Shown: positions 38,874 through 52,933, numbered from the stretch's first letter. The stretch is 64,000 nt of DNA from Lytechinus pictus (GCF_037042905.1 NC_087246.1:6760001-6824000); one strand, 5' to 3'. Notes: generated by a model not told the origin, from the letters alone. Translations and numbers: made by a program.

Positions 38874-40580
38874 CAAAAGTTGCTAAAATTTCATATTTTG
38901 CATCTTTAATTCCATGAATGGTCATCTGTTTGCCACATTTCCTTGGAATTGTTTTGATTTAGTTGGAAACTATTAAGAAAATGAAGAATATTCAGCTCTT
39001 TCTTGTCTTTTCTTTATCAGTGTAGTAAAATCACGCGAAATCGTCATTACGCAAACATGTAATAAAATGAGGTCACCACAGTGAATCGATTACAGCGAGA
39101 GCGCTGCACATTGCCAACGGTTCACAGAGATTTGCACGCAAACCTATGAGAAACAAGCGAGAGCGAACGATTCCACGAGCTCTTCCCCCTTCTTTCCCTT
39201 CCCGGCGATTTGTACCAAAACAAAAGGATTTCCGCAAACTACGATACTTTGTTTTTCAACTTTATTAGCATCCGATCTATCCATGCCGATTAGATTTTTA
39301 CCGTGCCATTTTGTTATAAATTAGCAAAAGAACATGTACATCAGTTTTGCCAAGCAGAATAAAACGACTGGTAGGCGTTTATGACAGCCGTCATTCACGT
39401 AAACTTTTGTATCTGATATGTGAACTTTCATTCTACACGTAGTGTACTGGTATGCACACAACGTCGTACTACTACAGTGATATTGAAGGTTATTTGAGTT
39501 AGTTTTAATATTCAGAGGTGATAGCAACGGGAGTATAAGATTGACATGTACAATAATAACCAGTAAAAACTATATAAAAATGATGAGTCCTTGATGCAGT
39601 TCACTGCCACAGTGAAGGAATTATCAGGATCATCATTTACAAAACAGATGAACATAATGAAATTATAAAACTTACATGACTTGTCCAATATCACATGAAT
39701 CATAACATCCCTTATTTTTCCTTTGGCTTTATAATGACTGTTAAGTGCAGAAAAGGGGGAAACGGTGACTAATTTAACTGGTACTGGCTGGTTGGTCCCG
39801 TACTCGGTTAGCATGTTTTGTAGGCCTACATTCACAATGATCACGATGGTCAGAGAACAATTTCCCTCATTCCTCTCAATTCTCTCTCATCATGCTTATC
39901 ATTACATGTATCATGCGTATACCAGGGAGATGGGGTTTGGTGTGTGCATGGAGCTACTAACTGGTGTGTGCATGCAATGAGAGATAACTGAGGTATAGGC
40001 CTAAGTTTGTGTGTAAGTTCATTGGGCATGTTGGGTCGGCTCTTCGGTCAAGAGCGCGGGTGCTGTGTGCATCATCGCACGGTGCAAGCTTCTGGGTCAA
40101 ATACGCGCGAAACGACTAATAACAGGCTACAAAAATCACTCGACCATGCTGCCGCTATGCGAATTCGGTGTGCGAAGATTACGTAACTTTCACCGAAATT
40201 AACGCTACACCGTAATGACGATTTTGTGTTATTTTACTACACTGTTTATCGTTTTATGATGTTACACTCGGTCAATATTTTTTTTATTGTGGTCCCACAT
40301 GTGGACATTCATGGTGTTGCAACATTAACTGAAAACGATCTTTGATCGTTTGTGATCGTTTTACACTTGGTCAACACCATGAAAGTCTACATGTGGGACA
40401 ACAATAATAAAAAAACATTCACCGAGTGTAACATCATCAAAATCAGAGTCAAGAAAGAGCTGAATATTCTTCATCTTTCGGTTGTTTCCAACTAAATCAA
40501 AACAATTTCAAGGTGATATGGAAAATAGATGGCGATTTTATCATTTAAAGATTAAAAATGTGAAATTTTAGCCACTTTTG
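38874..40580. mobile_element. Nested long-inverted-arm element
   Basis: 38874-39051 is the reverse complement of 40211-40580 (GAAGAATATTCAGCTCTTTCTTG / CAAGAAAGAGCTGAATATTCTTC), right arm interrupted. Confidence 0.7.
40252..40442. mobile_element. Small palindromic MITE inside the right arm
   Basis: TGATGTTACACTCGGT...CATGGTGTTG / CAACACCATG...ACCGAGTGTAACATCA. Confidence 0.7.
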
Positions 40581-40930
40581 CCTGTTTTTTTTTTTTTTTT
40601 TGGAGGGGGGTTGCATCAGCAAATTGCGCAAGATAGTAGCGCATGCGCACATAGAACGTAAGATGAGATGGCACGGTTCTTAGAACGAGGTACCTGGCGA
40701 TAAATTATCTGTATTTGGTGCTGATTTTACATCAGTTTCCACTGTTTTTTGACTGGTTTGACATTATATGAGAGATAGTTGTGATTATCACTGATATTTT
40801 ATTATTTTATTTCCTAAACAACCACTTGCCAGATCGGGCAATTGACTTTGAGAAATACTTGCCCGCACGTCATTTTCACTTGCCCCGGGCAAGCGGGTTT
40901 GTCGCACCCTGTAATCTTCAAAGGGTACTT

Positions 40931-41147
40931 TGGGGGCGTTGCAAGAAACTCAATCAATTGCTATCCTATTTGTTGTCCCCAGATCAGTCACTTATCTTGC
41001 AATTAATTTAATATTTGTAAGTGATTGCTGGTCTGCTTATCACAAGGAGTAGAAAGTGATTAGCTGTAAATAAAGTTGATCTATCAATTGTAAAATTGCA
41101 TCAGAAAATTTGCGATTGATTGCAAATATTTTCTTGCAACACCCCCT
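40931..41147. mobile_element. Small MITE
   Basis: TIR GGGGGCGTTGCAAGAAA / TTTCTTGCAACACCCCC. Confidence 0.7.
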
Positions 41148-41699
41148 TAGACTTTTATTGTGATGAGAAATGAAGGTGCATTTCAAGGTACATTTCTAGA
41201 GATTTGATTTCTCAACTTTCAAGCGAAACCTTTGAACTTGAAATTATTGTTCCATTGAGGAATAGATCAATGCAATTGTAAACTTGTCAAGGTGTGAAGT
41301 GCCCTGATGCTGGTGTGAATAGGGACAGGCTTGAGTGTTATTTGATTAAACCTTTGTCTGTATCTGTCTTTGTGTGAACTTCACCCTGATCTGAACTACA
41401 TTGTCTGGCTGCTGGAGAGAGTACAGGAAGAAGTCTATTGAATCTGTTTATTCAGTGATACTATATACTTCATATTGTTCAGTTTAGTATTGGTGTCTCA
41501 AACAAATGCTGGGGTTCAACCTAGTTGGCCTATTATAATTATAGGGGTATGCATGTATGTCATTATGTCTGAGGAACTGTTTGGATTGTCATTGCTGGGT
41601 ATGACAGCATATATATAAATCAATCAAAATTTTAAGCCTCATGTCTCCACAGTAAAAGTAATGAGTACTATTTCTGTCTTTCAAAAGTTTAAAACCCTT

Positions 41700-42012
41700 T
41701 GGCCACTTGTGGTGCTAGCCTTACAATTGCGGTGCTAAGAGATGCAGTGTGAAACGAAACAGGGCTAAGCAAAAGTGGGGCTAAGCATTAGCCAATCACA
41801 TAAGTCGAAATTGCACGTTAATCGCGCTCTGTATAGTAAAATCATCAATATTTATGAGCTGTGTGATTGCCCGGGGTTAAGGCTTAACCCCGGCTAAGCA
41901 AATAGTATGGGGTTAAGAAAGACAGTGTGAATCGAAAAAAAGATAGTATGGGGCTAAGGATAGTCCGGGGTTAAGGATAGTATGGGGTTAAGGAAATGCA
42001 GTGTGAAAAGCA
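41700..42012. mobile_element. Partial MITE with GGGG(C/T)TAAG subrepeats
   Basis: Repeated GGGGTTAAG/GGGGCTAAG and CAGTGTGAA motifs; only one end evident. Confidence 0.45.
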
Positions 42013-42636
42013 TATTATCAGATTGTTATTTTGGTGTTGTTGTCTAATGTTGTCTCCACAGCAAGTGTGATGATTATGATTATTTCTGTCTTTAAAAAAG
42101 TTTAAGACCCATTGTACATCAATTTTTCCTTTCATGTGCCACTCGTTAAATGGTGATTTTGGTGTCATTTTTGTCCTTCTTTCCCAGAAGGTCATTAGCT
42201 TGATTGTATCATGTGTTTTCATCAAGCTCCTTTAGCTCATTGGAAGTAAAAGAAAAAGAGCAGTGCACTTTTCTTTCATTACCAAGGAGGGTCAATGACT
42301 CATCAGCCCTCTGGTCAATGGTGGTCAGTCTTGACCATGGCTTACTCCACTCTCTGAGATGTCTTATTATTTGCATGTTCCCTAAGGAGAACAAAATGAC
42401 ATTGCTAATAAATATATTCTGATAGATTGGATAAGGATGTTTTATTTTTAAGTTATTGTTATGGATTTTTTTCCTTCTCAGTTATGTTTTCCTTTCTATT
42501 TCTACTTACATGTACAAATGCATCCCTATGGATGTTTATGTTTGAAACACTGATGAATAAATGGAATTTGCTTAAGAATAAACATCATGGCCTGTATTCT
42601 GAAGTCCAGTTTGATTTAATTTAGCCCATGGTTTAA

Positions 42637-43023
42637 AGATAAATACCAGTTTTGGTAACGATGTAAAAATGAGCTCAAACAGAATCCAATAAAATTACCA
42701 CCTAGGTGTTTGTATGTATGAATAAAAAATATGTGCCAAGTGGCTCTGGAAAAATATTGCTGAGAAATGAGCAAAATAAGCACGGAATACCATCAAATGT
42801 CAGGTATTTTTCTGAGCAATATTGATACACTGTCCCACATATGTTTTCCTGTGTTAGTGTTCATCAGAATTATCGGTTTTCAGCTAAAATGCCAAGATTT
42901 CACCAAGATAAGCTTATTTTGATATACCAGATCTAAATTAGATCTATGATAATGTGGCAATTAAACTTGATTCAAAAATTTTCTCATGAAATAATTGTTT
43001 GCTGCAACTACTGTCTTTTACCT
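42637..43023. mobile_element. Kolobok-like MITE
   Basis: TTAA|AGATAAATACCAGT...ACTGTCTTTTACCT|TTAA. Confidence 0.65.
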
Positions 43024-43939
43024 TTAACTCTGCGCTAAAATTATGGGAAGTTGAAAATATAAAATTTGTGTTCATATTGGATGTTTTCTTTGTTTATTTT
43101 GCTCTTCCCCCATGCTTTTAATGGTGAAGAAAGTATTTTAATTGCAATTTCAAGGGAGTTTTGAATGATTCAAATGAGTACCAAATCTACTGCATCTATA
43201 CTGTTCAATATCTGTGTCACAATCCATAGTTAAACTACAACTTTTAATATACCGGAGTTTGAATTAAATCTGAGTTCAGAATATGGGCCTTAGAAAAATA
43301 TTATTTCATTGATTGATTCATATGGTTAAATTAAGTGTACAGGATGCCTCTGTACTCAGGATGGAATAGCCCCTTGTAGACATGATTTCCTAACTTTCTT
43401 TTGAAATCATATGAAGACTGAAAAAGAAGCAAAGTCAGGAAATTGATTGTATGTATATTTATGTACTTCTATCCTAAATGGTAATATATTCATACCTCTG
43501 CACTGTTGCGAGATCTAACAGAGACAAAAGTGAAGGTTCTTTCTGGAATTGAAATTGAACTGATGGAGTTGAAATGGGGACAATAACAATACCAGATCAC
43601 AAATCAGATATCCCTTGTTACATATCACAGCGGTATCTCAATATTGGCAGACTGAGAAGGGTAGATTGAGCAGAGATCTAGAAGATATCTGCCAGGGATG
43701 ACAGCATGCTAAGGATAACTCTGTTTTTCTTGTGGCCATTGGACGCCTGTATATTTATTATCCGCACCGAGTAATTGCCCGCGACTGATCAGGACTGTGA
43801 TGAAAATAACAAATCAAATTTGGGATTTTGTGCGCTTAACCCCCACTAGGGTCCTCCGTTTTCATTTCACTCTAGGACAGGATGTGAAGCTATTTATAGC
43901 AGGCATCAAGTCTCATTGCGCATTGGATGCGAGGAGGAC

Positions 43940-44055
43940 AGGAGAGAGAGAGAGAGAGAAATGGATAGACAGATGGAGGGAGAAAGAGAAAAAAAATAAA
44001 GAAAGAGAGACTGGAAAAGAGAGGGGGGGGGGGGGGGAGAGAAGGGGTGGAGAAG
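43940..44055. repeat. GA-rich simple repeat with poly-G
   Basis: (GA)n and a G run. Confidence 0.8.
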
Positions 44056-45822
44056 GCAATTCACCAGAGAGATTAGCAAATGAAACAAATGCAATGTTGA
44101 AAGATAAAATTCTGAACTGCATTGGATAAAAGAAGTTGAAAATTCAGTTAAAATGAACAAATCCATTCCATATGTAGATTGATGATACACAAAGAGAGGA
44201 AAAGAAATGCAAAAAATAAGAAAAGACGATGAAGATGAGAATCTAGGAAGTCTTCTCAGCAAGTCTTTTGACATGTACATGGGTCTATTTGACATGTAGG
44301 TGCACTTTATAGAGGCTGGATTGTTATTGCTGAAGTCAGATAAAATGTTTGTTTACGAAGAAGACCTTCTGGTGAAGCCTGCAAAATTAGGCGCTGGTAA
44401 TTTTTCAATTTTGACTCATGTACACTTGATGTGGCATTAAAAAAAAAATTATTAGCACAAGCACTAGAAGGAAGTATTTTTTAAAAAGTAATACATGTAT
44501 TACACATACTGTCCACTATTAAATTGTTGGAGGTCATCCAAACTATCGTATCATAGATACACAGTGCAAAATCAACTTCAAAGAACTATGATTTCCACAC
44601 TTTGTTCGTCAGCCTTACATGATTTTCATTGCGAGAATAATAGGAAAGACCAAGATAACTGCTTGACATTGTATTATTCTTTTTAATATTATTATTATTT
44701 TATTATTAAAAAGTTATAGCAGATTTTATATAAAAGCAAATATTGAATATTGAACAAGCATTAATGAATTCAGTATTGAGGTTAAAACCTTAGATTGAAG
44801 ACTTTAACCGTTTTGATGCTTTCATTTTGTGTTTTTAAAGTGTTCATAAAATTATGTTGCCTCACTTTTGAAAATGATGTGTGCAAATAAACTGTACGGT
44901 TGATAACCATTAATTCGCTATTATGAGAATGCTTTATTGTTGCATCCAAATAATAGTTGACAATGATCCTATTTTTCTCTCCTCGAACTGTTGTGTTTGT
45001 GAATGTGTGGAGTATGAATTGCGAGAAAGAATGCTTTGTGCATGATTATGCGGAGAATATGAGTAATAGTTTGGTAATTTGTTAGTGATATTACCAGGTC
45101 TATCATAAGTTCAAAAGGTTGTAATCCCTGGGCTGAAATTTGTCTTGAAATGGAGTGCACAACTTTATTCCCCTGGTTAATGTAAATGTATTTATACAAA
45201 ATCTGTGATAGATCTGTCATTTTAAGTACATGTAGTTACACAGTCAATTTCCAAGACATACATTTTATATTTGCCTACATGCATCAGTTTATTTTATATT
45301 GTTGATCTAAAAGTATTTTGATAGTCTGTTCTCTTCTTGTATTGTCATTAGAGCCATTTTCAGAGTGTATTATTGTCATCAAGGCTTGTTTCTTACATAC
45401 AATACATATACTGTATCACATGATTGTGAGGAGTCAGACATTTAAAGATACTTGCTTTGACAAAATAACCCACGTTCACACTACTCATTTGAAACTTGCA
45501 TTTTTTAAATATCTGGAATGTAAATTTACCCATGTCATGCAATATGTGATTCTAAAACTTAGTAAATTTTTTAAAGAAGTTGCTATCTTTGGCTATTTAA
45601 AATTGATACTTTACCTGAGAAACATGGTTTTAAAAGAGGATTAGTTCAAACAGTGGTTGCGTCCAATCAATGGTGAAAAGGCAATTGTTAGAAAATGCAA
45701 GTTCCAGTACGCCTTCTTCAAAGGCACCCATAAAATATGAAGATTTTTTTAGAAATAAGGGATTTTAAACCAATCTTTTCAGCATGATATAATACGGTCT
45801 TGTTCCCAAGGAGATAGCCTAA

Positions 45823-46518
45823 TACCCCTTTCATACTGCTCTTTTCCCCGTTCCCCCTTCGCTAGCGAAAAACTTTGCAAGCGAAGACCCCTTTCATACT
45901 GCTCTTTTTCCTGTTCCCCCTACTTTGCCAGCGAAGCGGAAAGAGTCCAGTATGAAAGGTACACAGATCTTCCCCGGTGAAACGGTTTCCCTGGCGAAGT
46001 GCGCCGGTGAAAAGGTCAATATGAAAGATCAGCGGAGAACTTCTCTTCTTTTATGACGTTAGAGTTCAAATTTTATATCCCCGAAATCCCTTGAACTGAG
46101 ATTCTGCACGGTTAATAAAGCGAATGGCCGATCACTCTATAGAGTTAAATACCCTTGAATTTTCATTTTTAAAATTTATTATGAAAGCGTCTTTTACATG
46201 CTAAAATGCACTGAAAAATACTTTGATTGTTGTTTTGTTTTGCTTATAATCTTTCCAAAATGTGTTGTAATTCAAACCTTTTTGACACTTTTTGTAATTG
46301 ATGAGAAGAGTGTTTACAATTTCCTTTTAGTTGTATATGTGCTGAGCTTGTTCAACTTGGGCCAACGAGAAACGCTATTGCTATTATTAAAAAAGGCGTG
46401 CTTCCGCCTGAGCAAAACGGCCGTCGACTTTCGCCGGGGAAGTGAGGAATACGTGCAGGAGAAGTTCGCTGGCGAAGTTCACTGAGGAAAAAAGGAAGAG
46501 GCCAGTGTGAAAGGGGTA
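45823..46518. mobile_element. PIF/Harbinger-like MITE
   Basis: TAA|TACCCCTTTCATACTG...CAGTGTGAAAGGGGTA|TAA; internal copy of the left TIR at ~45887. Confidence 0.85.
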
Positions 46519-47991
46519 TAAGATGTTGTTGTATGAACATGGCATTTGAATCCCTGTTGCCATGAATCGGTTTCCTTTCTCTCATATGGGAGATGATAAA
46601 TATCAGATGGAGCTATGCTCAATTACTCAGAGAATGTCATGGTAACATCCTATGGCTTCTGACTATCCAGACCAAAGCATCTGGAATGTACTCCAATCCA
46701 GCGGAAAGAGGGAACAAGCTGGCAAAGGATTTTAAATTTTCCTTTCTCATGAAGAAAAAATGTGATTATTTAATTTTGATAGCTGTATGTATCTTTTAAT
46801 TGCAAACCCATCAAATCTGTTGTCATTAATCTTCAGTGCTGCCCGGAACGAAAGTTCGACATGAGGAGAGGAGAAATTTTCTTAGACACACTACTGTTCT
46901 TAGACTCAAAGCGAATTTCTCAGTAAGAGACTGTTTCATGAGCATATAAAGCACACCCCCTTAAAAAACATGAATGAAAAATGAAGGAGATAGTATGGGA
47001 CCATCATAAGTCTCATAACAAATAATCTTGGGTTCAAAATGCGTGCTAGATTACACATCCCCAAGAGGGTGCCAGGAGTGCACTATAAAGACACTATTGC
47101 AATGACAGATTTTTGTGGGGGGTTTCTTTTTGGTTTCAATATGAACTTGAACTTGAATAGTTTCTAACAGCTCAGACATGGAGAATTTGCCCTTTTTTTA
47201 TGTGTGTGCATGAATTGTGGTATCAAGAATGGTGATCAAACAGAGATTGTAGAGATACATTGTATACATAGCCACTCAAGTAGTTTGTCTTGGAACAAAG
47301 TTCATGGTTAGTAAAATTTAGAATTATTTCAAGAGTTAGGTATCAAGCACTTATGAAGTTTAGAGTGTTGGGCTGTTCCCAATAGAATTATTTGTTCAAA
47401 TGAGTTTTCTTTCCCTCCTTTCTAAACTTCTTGTTCTTAAAAGGACCTATTCGCAGTCCATACCCCTACCCCCTCCTCCCCTGTACATGTAGCTAAAAAT
47501 GTTGGTCGGCCCACATCTACCCAATGTAAGTTGTCCTTGTTGCCAAAATTGTGGCTAGTCAATACATTGACCTTCTCTCGTTGCAAAAATTTGGTCCAGC
47601 CCAAACAATGTTGCTACTACACCTGCAGGCATGCATGCATTTCTTTTGGATTTTGGTTGGCTAAAAGTTTTGTCCCCTTTTCTATCTGGAATGAGGTTGG
47701 TCCTGGTTGGCCCAGAATCATGCCTTTGGCCAGATAACACACTGCCATCTAAATTTTGGCCTACCAAACTGCTTTAGATGGGGGAAGGGTATAATTCAGA
47801 TATTGTCATTTTAAGTTGTGATAGTAATTGTTATTAGATAAATGCTGGGTGTGTTAAAGTGATTGTTGAAAGATTTTTAATTTTTTTAATTTCCACCCCC
47901 TGAAAATATTAATGGGTTATCTCTTTGGGCTTAAAAAACCCCCAACTTTTTATCAGGATGATAGACTCTGTACTTGTGCCTACATGTACTA

Positions 47992-48572
47992 GGCTAAGGT
48001 CACAACTCCAAAAATTAGCCTGCTCGACGACCAATTTCGCCCGGGCAACGACCGGCGGCCGCCCGGGTATCACTGGTTTTCGAGGTATCGCTCGGTCGCC
48101 GCTCAAGATTTAGCGCAGAGTTAAAATTCTGGCAGCGCCTGCTCTCTTTTCACTCGGTGCCTGGTTGGTCGCTATCCGGGCGCCGTCATAATCGAGCGGT
48201 CGCCGTTGAACGATTTAGGTCAAAAATTGAACTTGTTGGATCAATGTCTGTTGAGCGGTCATCGGCCGGTCGCCGGTCAGAGATTGGTCGATGATCTCGC
48301 GGCGAATTCAAGATTGGCAGGGCGATTGCCTACAAATAGGGAATCGGTAAGTCGTCAGCCGATCACTGCTCGGACGCAAAGCAGAAAATTTCCCCGATTT
48401 GACCCAGATTTGGCCTTGAGTAATGGGTAATCGTCCAGGCACTGCTCGGCCATCGCTTAGGATTTTGCAGCCTGCTAGACTTCTAAAAAATCGTTCGGCG
48501 ATGCCTAAATTCCAGCGGCACACGAGCAGGTTACTAATCGGTCGGTTGCTGTTCTGAGTTGTGACTGAAGCC
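47992..48572. mobile_element. Young CpG-rich MITE with GG...CC ends flanked by TA
   Basis: TA|GGCTAAGGTCACAACTC...GAGTTGTGACTGAAGCC|TA. Confidence 0.7.
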
Positions 48573-48891
48573 TAGATGAGTAGACGTACATGCACAGTTA
48601 CATTTACATTAGTAAAAACGAGGCAGTATGCTGCAAAAAGCGATTTGATTTATAAAATGTATTATCTTGTATGATAATATGAACACTTGATATAAACCAT
48701 TTCGACATGTTATAAATTATAAGATCTGGAGGTAATAGCATTTATGACAATTGAATGATGAGATAAATCATTTTGCAGTTGTGAACGTGCAAGCTGAAAG
48801 TATTGTGGGAATGCAAAGTAATATTGCACTGTGGGTTATGGGGCTAGTGGGCCATGTAATTGGTTCTCGGTGGTTAGGCATGGTCATATTG

Positions 48892-49354
48892 GAGGCTGTT
48901 CTCACTACGTTCCTAAAACTAGTTTACTGGGAACCGGTTCAGAAAGCCAGTTTGGAAGATCGCTTTGCTAGCGTTCTCACTTGATCACACGAAAGTGGTT
49001 TTCAAAATCACTTCACGTATAGCGCTCTTGTTGCTATGGAAACGCTCTCAGTGGGGAGACACGTTTCGCGCGAAATTCGAAACCGCAGCATAGGCATTCT
49101 ACACCTGTCGTGTGGAGTAGCGCGCTCAAAATGTGCGAAGATCGCTTCCCGAAGAACGGTTGTGTCCTCACTTACGCTAAAACCACTTTTCCGATGCGAA
49201 GCGATCTTGAAAACTACATCGCGAGGTGGTCTTCCAAACTGGTTTGGAAGAGCGCTTCCAAGAGCGCTTCGACCGTTCTCACTTAGCGTTAAACTAGTTT
49301 CCACTAAACTAGTTTCCACTAAACTAGTTTAAGGAACTGAGTGAGAACAGCCTC
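48892..49354. mobile_element. Harbinger-like MITE family H3, copy B (463 bp)
   Basis: TIR GAGGCTGTTCTCACT / AGTGAGAACAGCCTC; TSD TTG; colinear with 30288-30750. Confidence 0.85.
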
Positions 49355-49602
49355 TTGGATAATTTGTTCATGCATACCTTGCTACACTGGTGTACATGTA
49401 GCCTATGTAAGTGTACTGTATTGAGCTTGAGAAAGATGGGGTCATTATAAATGTATAGTTATTTTTAAGGTGGTTTCGTTTTCATTGTGAGAGTCTATAT
49501 CAACTTCAGTATCATACTTTTGGTCTATTACAACAAAATCTATGAAAGCCTTGTGAACTTCTATACTTTGTACAAAATCATGGAAATATTCAAGTGAAAT
49601 AT

Positions 49603-50066
49603 AGGTAGTTTCAGACCGCCTCGAAGTTCGTCAGTTCCAGGTATTTTCTGATCAGGAAATTTACCTCGATCAGAAAATACCAGGTTATATTGGCAATGTG
49701 AAAGCAAATTACGCGTAATCTCCCCGAAAGAAAGTACCCACTAAATAGTTGGTACTTGTCAAAATTACGAGAACTATCGCGGGGATTTTTTCAAAGTCAC
49801 AGGTATTTTGGCAATGTGAAAGCAATTTACTGGAACTTTTAGCCCAGCGTGTAGTTGGGCGCGGGCGCCGTGGGTGGCTGCTGAGCTAGTATAGTGATTT
49901 TGAATCTCATGCCTTGCCTGCTTATCAGACCATTCTGTGCATGCATGTAACTTCAGGAACTTATCCCGAAGGGTATGTTTGGGCCGGTGTGAACTGTGAA
50001 TGCAGTAATAATTAATGGGTATTTTTTAACGGGGATTCTTATGATCGAGGCGGTTTGAAACCACCT
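49603..50066. mobile_element. Harbinger family H1, short form
   Basis: Same TIRs as 15019; TSD TAT. Confidence 0.85.
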
Positions 50067-50649
50067 TATGTGGCATATGTAGTACTTCTTTGTTGGGTCG
50101 CTGTGAAGATATGTCTAATGTAGCAGGATATTATGCTGGGTATGATACTAGGACATCCCACCTGTGAAAATTAGATCAGACAACGCATATCCTTTGTTAT
50201 CCACTCCCTTTTCCTATCTCAAGTCTTGCGAGTCATTCAGGAACAGCAAGGAGAGCACAGATTAAGCCACTTTTCATCAGCCAGACTTCTAGTTATGTAT
50301 CTTGCTATTTCTGATTTGGCAAACCATGAACAAACTCAGAATATATTTAGAATAGAGATACAGTTAGCAACTTTTAGATGATTTTTATTACTACATTGCA
50401 GCCTCTTGTCAATATCTTTGAATTTCTGTTGTATTAGGTAAATCATCCAGCTATTTTGCACATGAAGAAAAGGCACATACAGGTTTTGGCTTTAGATTAT
50501 TTATTTATGTTACCATAACGATACATAATTTTCAAACATAGAGCCCAACCATCATCCTTGACATTGAACGTTGTCCATAGCCCAAGGTCACATTTTATGC
50601 AAAAGCTGGAATTCTCCACTTAGCTGGGTTGGTTGAGGTGGGGATTTAA

Positions 50650-51102
50650 CCCAGGGGGGGGGGGTGGGGCAGTCAAATATATTGCTGTACACATGCGCGA
50701 CCAAGGTATTTCCAAACACCCCCTAAACAAGTTTTTCTCTGTGTGCAAAATACCCCCTAAACAAGTTTTTTGCGGGCTTTATTTACACATTTTGGCCCCT
50801 AAACAAGTTGTCGCCAAAATATGACCTCTGGGGAAAAAGCTTGGGGAAAAAACCATACCCTAAACACCTTTGGCTAGTCTTAAAAAAAAGTTTTGGGGAA
50901 AAAACATACCCTAAATACGTTTGACTCCGCGATTGACCATTGACCAGTGTTTCAAAACCACCCTTTTTCTTCAAAATCAGTGTTTTTGATACACTTTACA
51001 AGTCCACGTGCGGACCGCGTCCAAAACTGAAAAAACACCCCTTTAAACGCGTTGTTTTGGTCACGCGTGTGTACAGCAATATATTTGACTGGCCCCCACG
51101 GG
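50650..51102. mobile_element. Unclassified DNA element, CCC...GGG termini, 8-bp TSD
   Basis: Inverted CAGTCAAATATATTGCTGTACAC blocks; TSD GGATTTAA / GGTTTTAA; internal CCCCTAAACAAG repeats. Confidence 0.8.
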
Positions 51103-51840
51103 GGTTTTAATTTGGAGCATGGATAATCCTGATAGAATCTTGAATTGAGCAATCTCTTGCTGATGGAGAGCTGTCTCTTCAGACAAGACTCCATCACCAG
51201 CCCTTGAATTTGATATTGAAGGCAATGTAGAAAGTTGGCCATGATTTTATTACAGGGGAAAAATCAACAGGCTTGAGGGTGATTGAATTCTGACAAACAA
51301 GAAAGCATGATGAAGGATAAAAGTGATGATGGCAAAAGAAAGGGATTGAAAGAAGTATTGCCAACATGTAATATTGCATTGTATTTTTTTTATTTATCAA
51401 TTAGACTAACCAAACAAAGCAACATTTAAATGTTAGGTGAATGGATTCTGAGTATATTTTGTTTATTGACAATCTGTAGGTGAACTGAAAAGTAATTTGG
51501 GAAAGGAAAGAAAAATCCAATTGATTTTTTAGCCGTCATAATGATTTACACTTCTTTTAAATTTATTGGAATACATGTATATTCAAAGGTACCAAAATCA
51601 TAATACGTGTCTATCAAGGTCGAATGATCACTTTTCAACACTTCTCTCTCCATCTGTCTCTAACCTTCTCCCACCATATCTTGTTATTAGAGCAATAAGT
51701 AAAAGGAGCATTTAAGAATGTGGTTTTACAGGTAAATGTAAATGTCAGGGTCAATAGTGCATGAATGTGTTTGTGTGATATTTGCAAATGTTCACCCTTG
51801 AAGGTCTGAACTTGGCCTTTGTAACAAGTTGACTGACAAG

Positions 51841-52658
51841 GGCTGCGTTTATGCGACCTCAAGCCAGAATCATGATTTGAATCATGATTTGAATCATGAT
51901 TCAAAACACAAACATGAATCACGATATCACAGAATCAGCGTTTAGTCGACCTTCATTCCAATGCTGTTTCTCCTCAGATTCGAGCCAATCCAGTGCGCAT
52001 CACTAGTGCGCAGTTTGACAGAGGACGTTTTTCGCACGTGTTTCGGCTTTCGAAAAATCTTTTGCTTCCAGAATTCAGTCTATACCCAATTTTGTTTACT
52101 TCTATCATATAGGGTCCATATGCTTCTATTCATCTTGTTAGTTAATCCAAAATGGTGTTCGGAAGTGAATTTCAGCGTAGATCCAATTTAATATTGACAC
52201 TCTATACTCAACAACAACTGAGATCATTGTCTGTCCAGTTAATTCATTTACTAGAACTTGAAGTTGAAGACATGACCAAAAAATGAAAAGTAGTGGACGA
52301 TGCGAAGACCAACACAGAATTTGAACATGACAAGAAATGCATGCAGAGTAATCATGTACATACAATGAGCACATAGAGAGCCTTGAGCTTGGCAAGAGTC
52401 AAACCGAAAGCCGTAGCCCGACACAGTGAGGTCATATAATCATGATTCAAATCACGATATCGTTTATTCGAACATTTTCGTACGTGATTCTGCAGAAACG
52501 TCTTTCCAAACGCCCCTTTTTTCGTGTTTCATGTTTGTGATTCTAATCATGATTATATTCGATTTCGACTAAACGCAATCGTGATTCTGCAGAATCATGA
52601 TTTGAATCATGATTCGAATCATGATTATAGGGTAAAAAAGTGGCGGATAAACGCACCC
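51841..52658. mobile_element. Harbinger-like element with subterminal GAATCATGATT(C/T) palindrome arrays
   Basis: AAG|GGCTGCGTTTAT...ATAAACGCACCC|AAG; tandem 12-mers at both ends. Confidence 0.8.
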
Positions 52659-52933
52659 AAGGTAACCTTGGGGTCGTTCGCAAAAAGTAGGCAGTCATGT
52701 GAGACCCAACATGTTAAACATTGCTTTTCATTTATTGCATTCATATTCATTGGAATATTTTTAGCATTTGTTAATGAATTGGCAATTCTAGATGTGGGCA
52801 TCAGGCAATATCATTCTCTTATTAATTGAAAGGAAACGTGGCTAAAGCAGTGGTCACAACCAGAGAAGCATTTCATAAAAGGACTTATCAGACATTTTAT
52901 CTGTCAATTCCTGTTTCATCTGACAGTTACTAT

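Larger units (their letters stand above)
38575..40911. mobile_element. hAT-like (5-bp TSD) element carrying nested insertions
   Basis: CAGG...CCCTG termini, CTTGCCC subterminal repeats at both ends, TAATC on both flanks. Confidence 0.7.

Noticed and set aside
43797..44295. Charged ORF as a possible AUTS2 exon 2
   Set aside because: Derived from GA/poly-G simple repeat; no convincing splice sites or homology.
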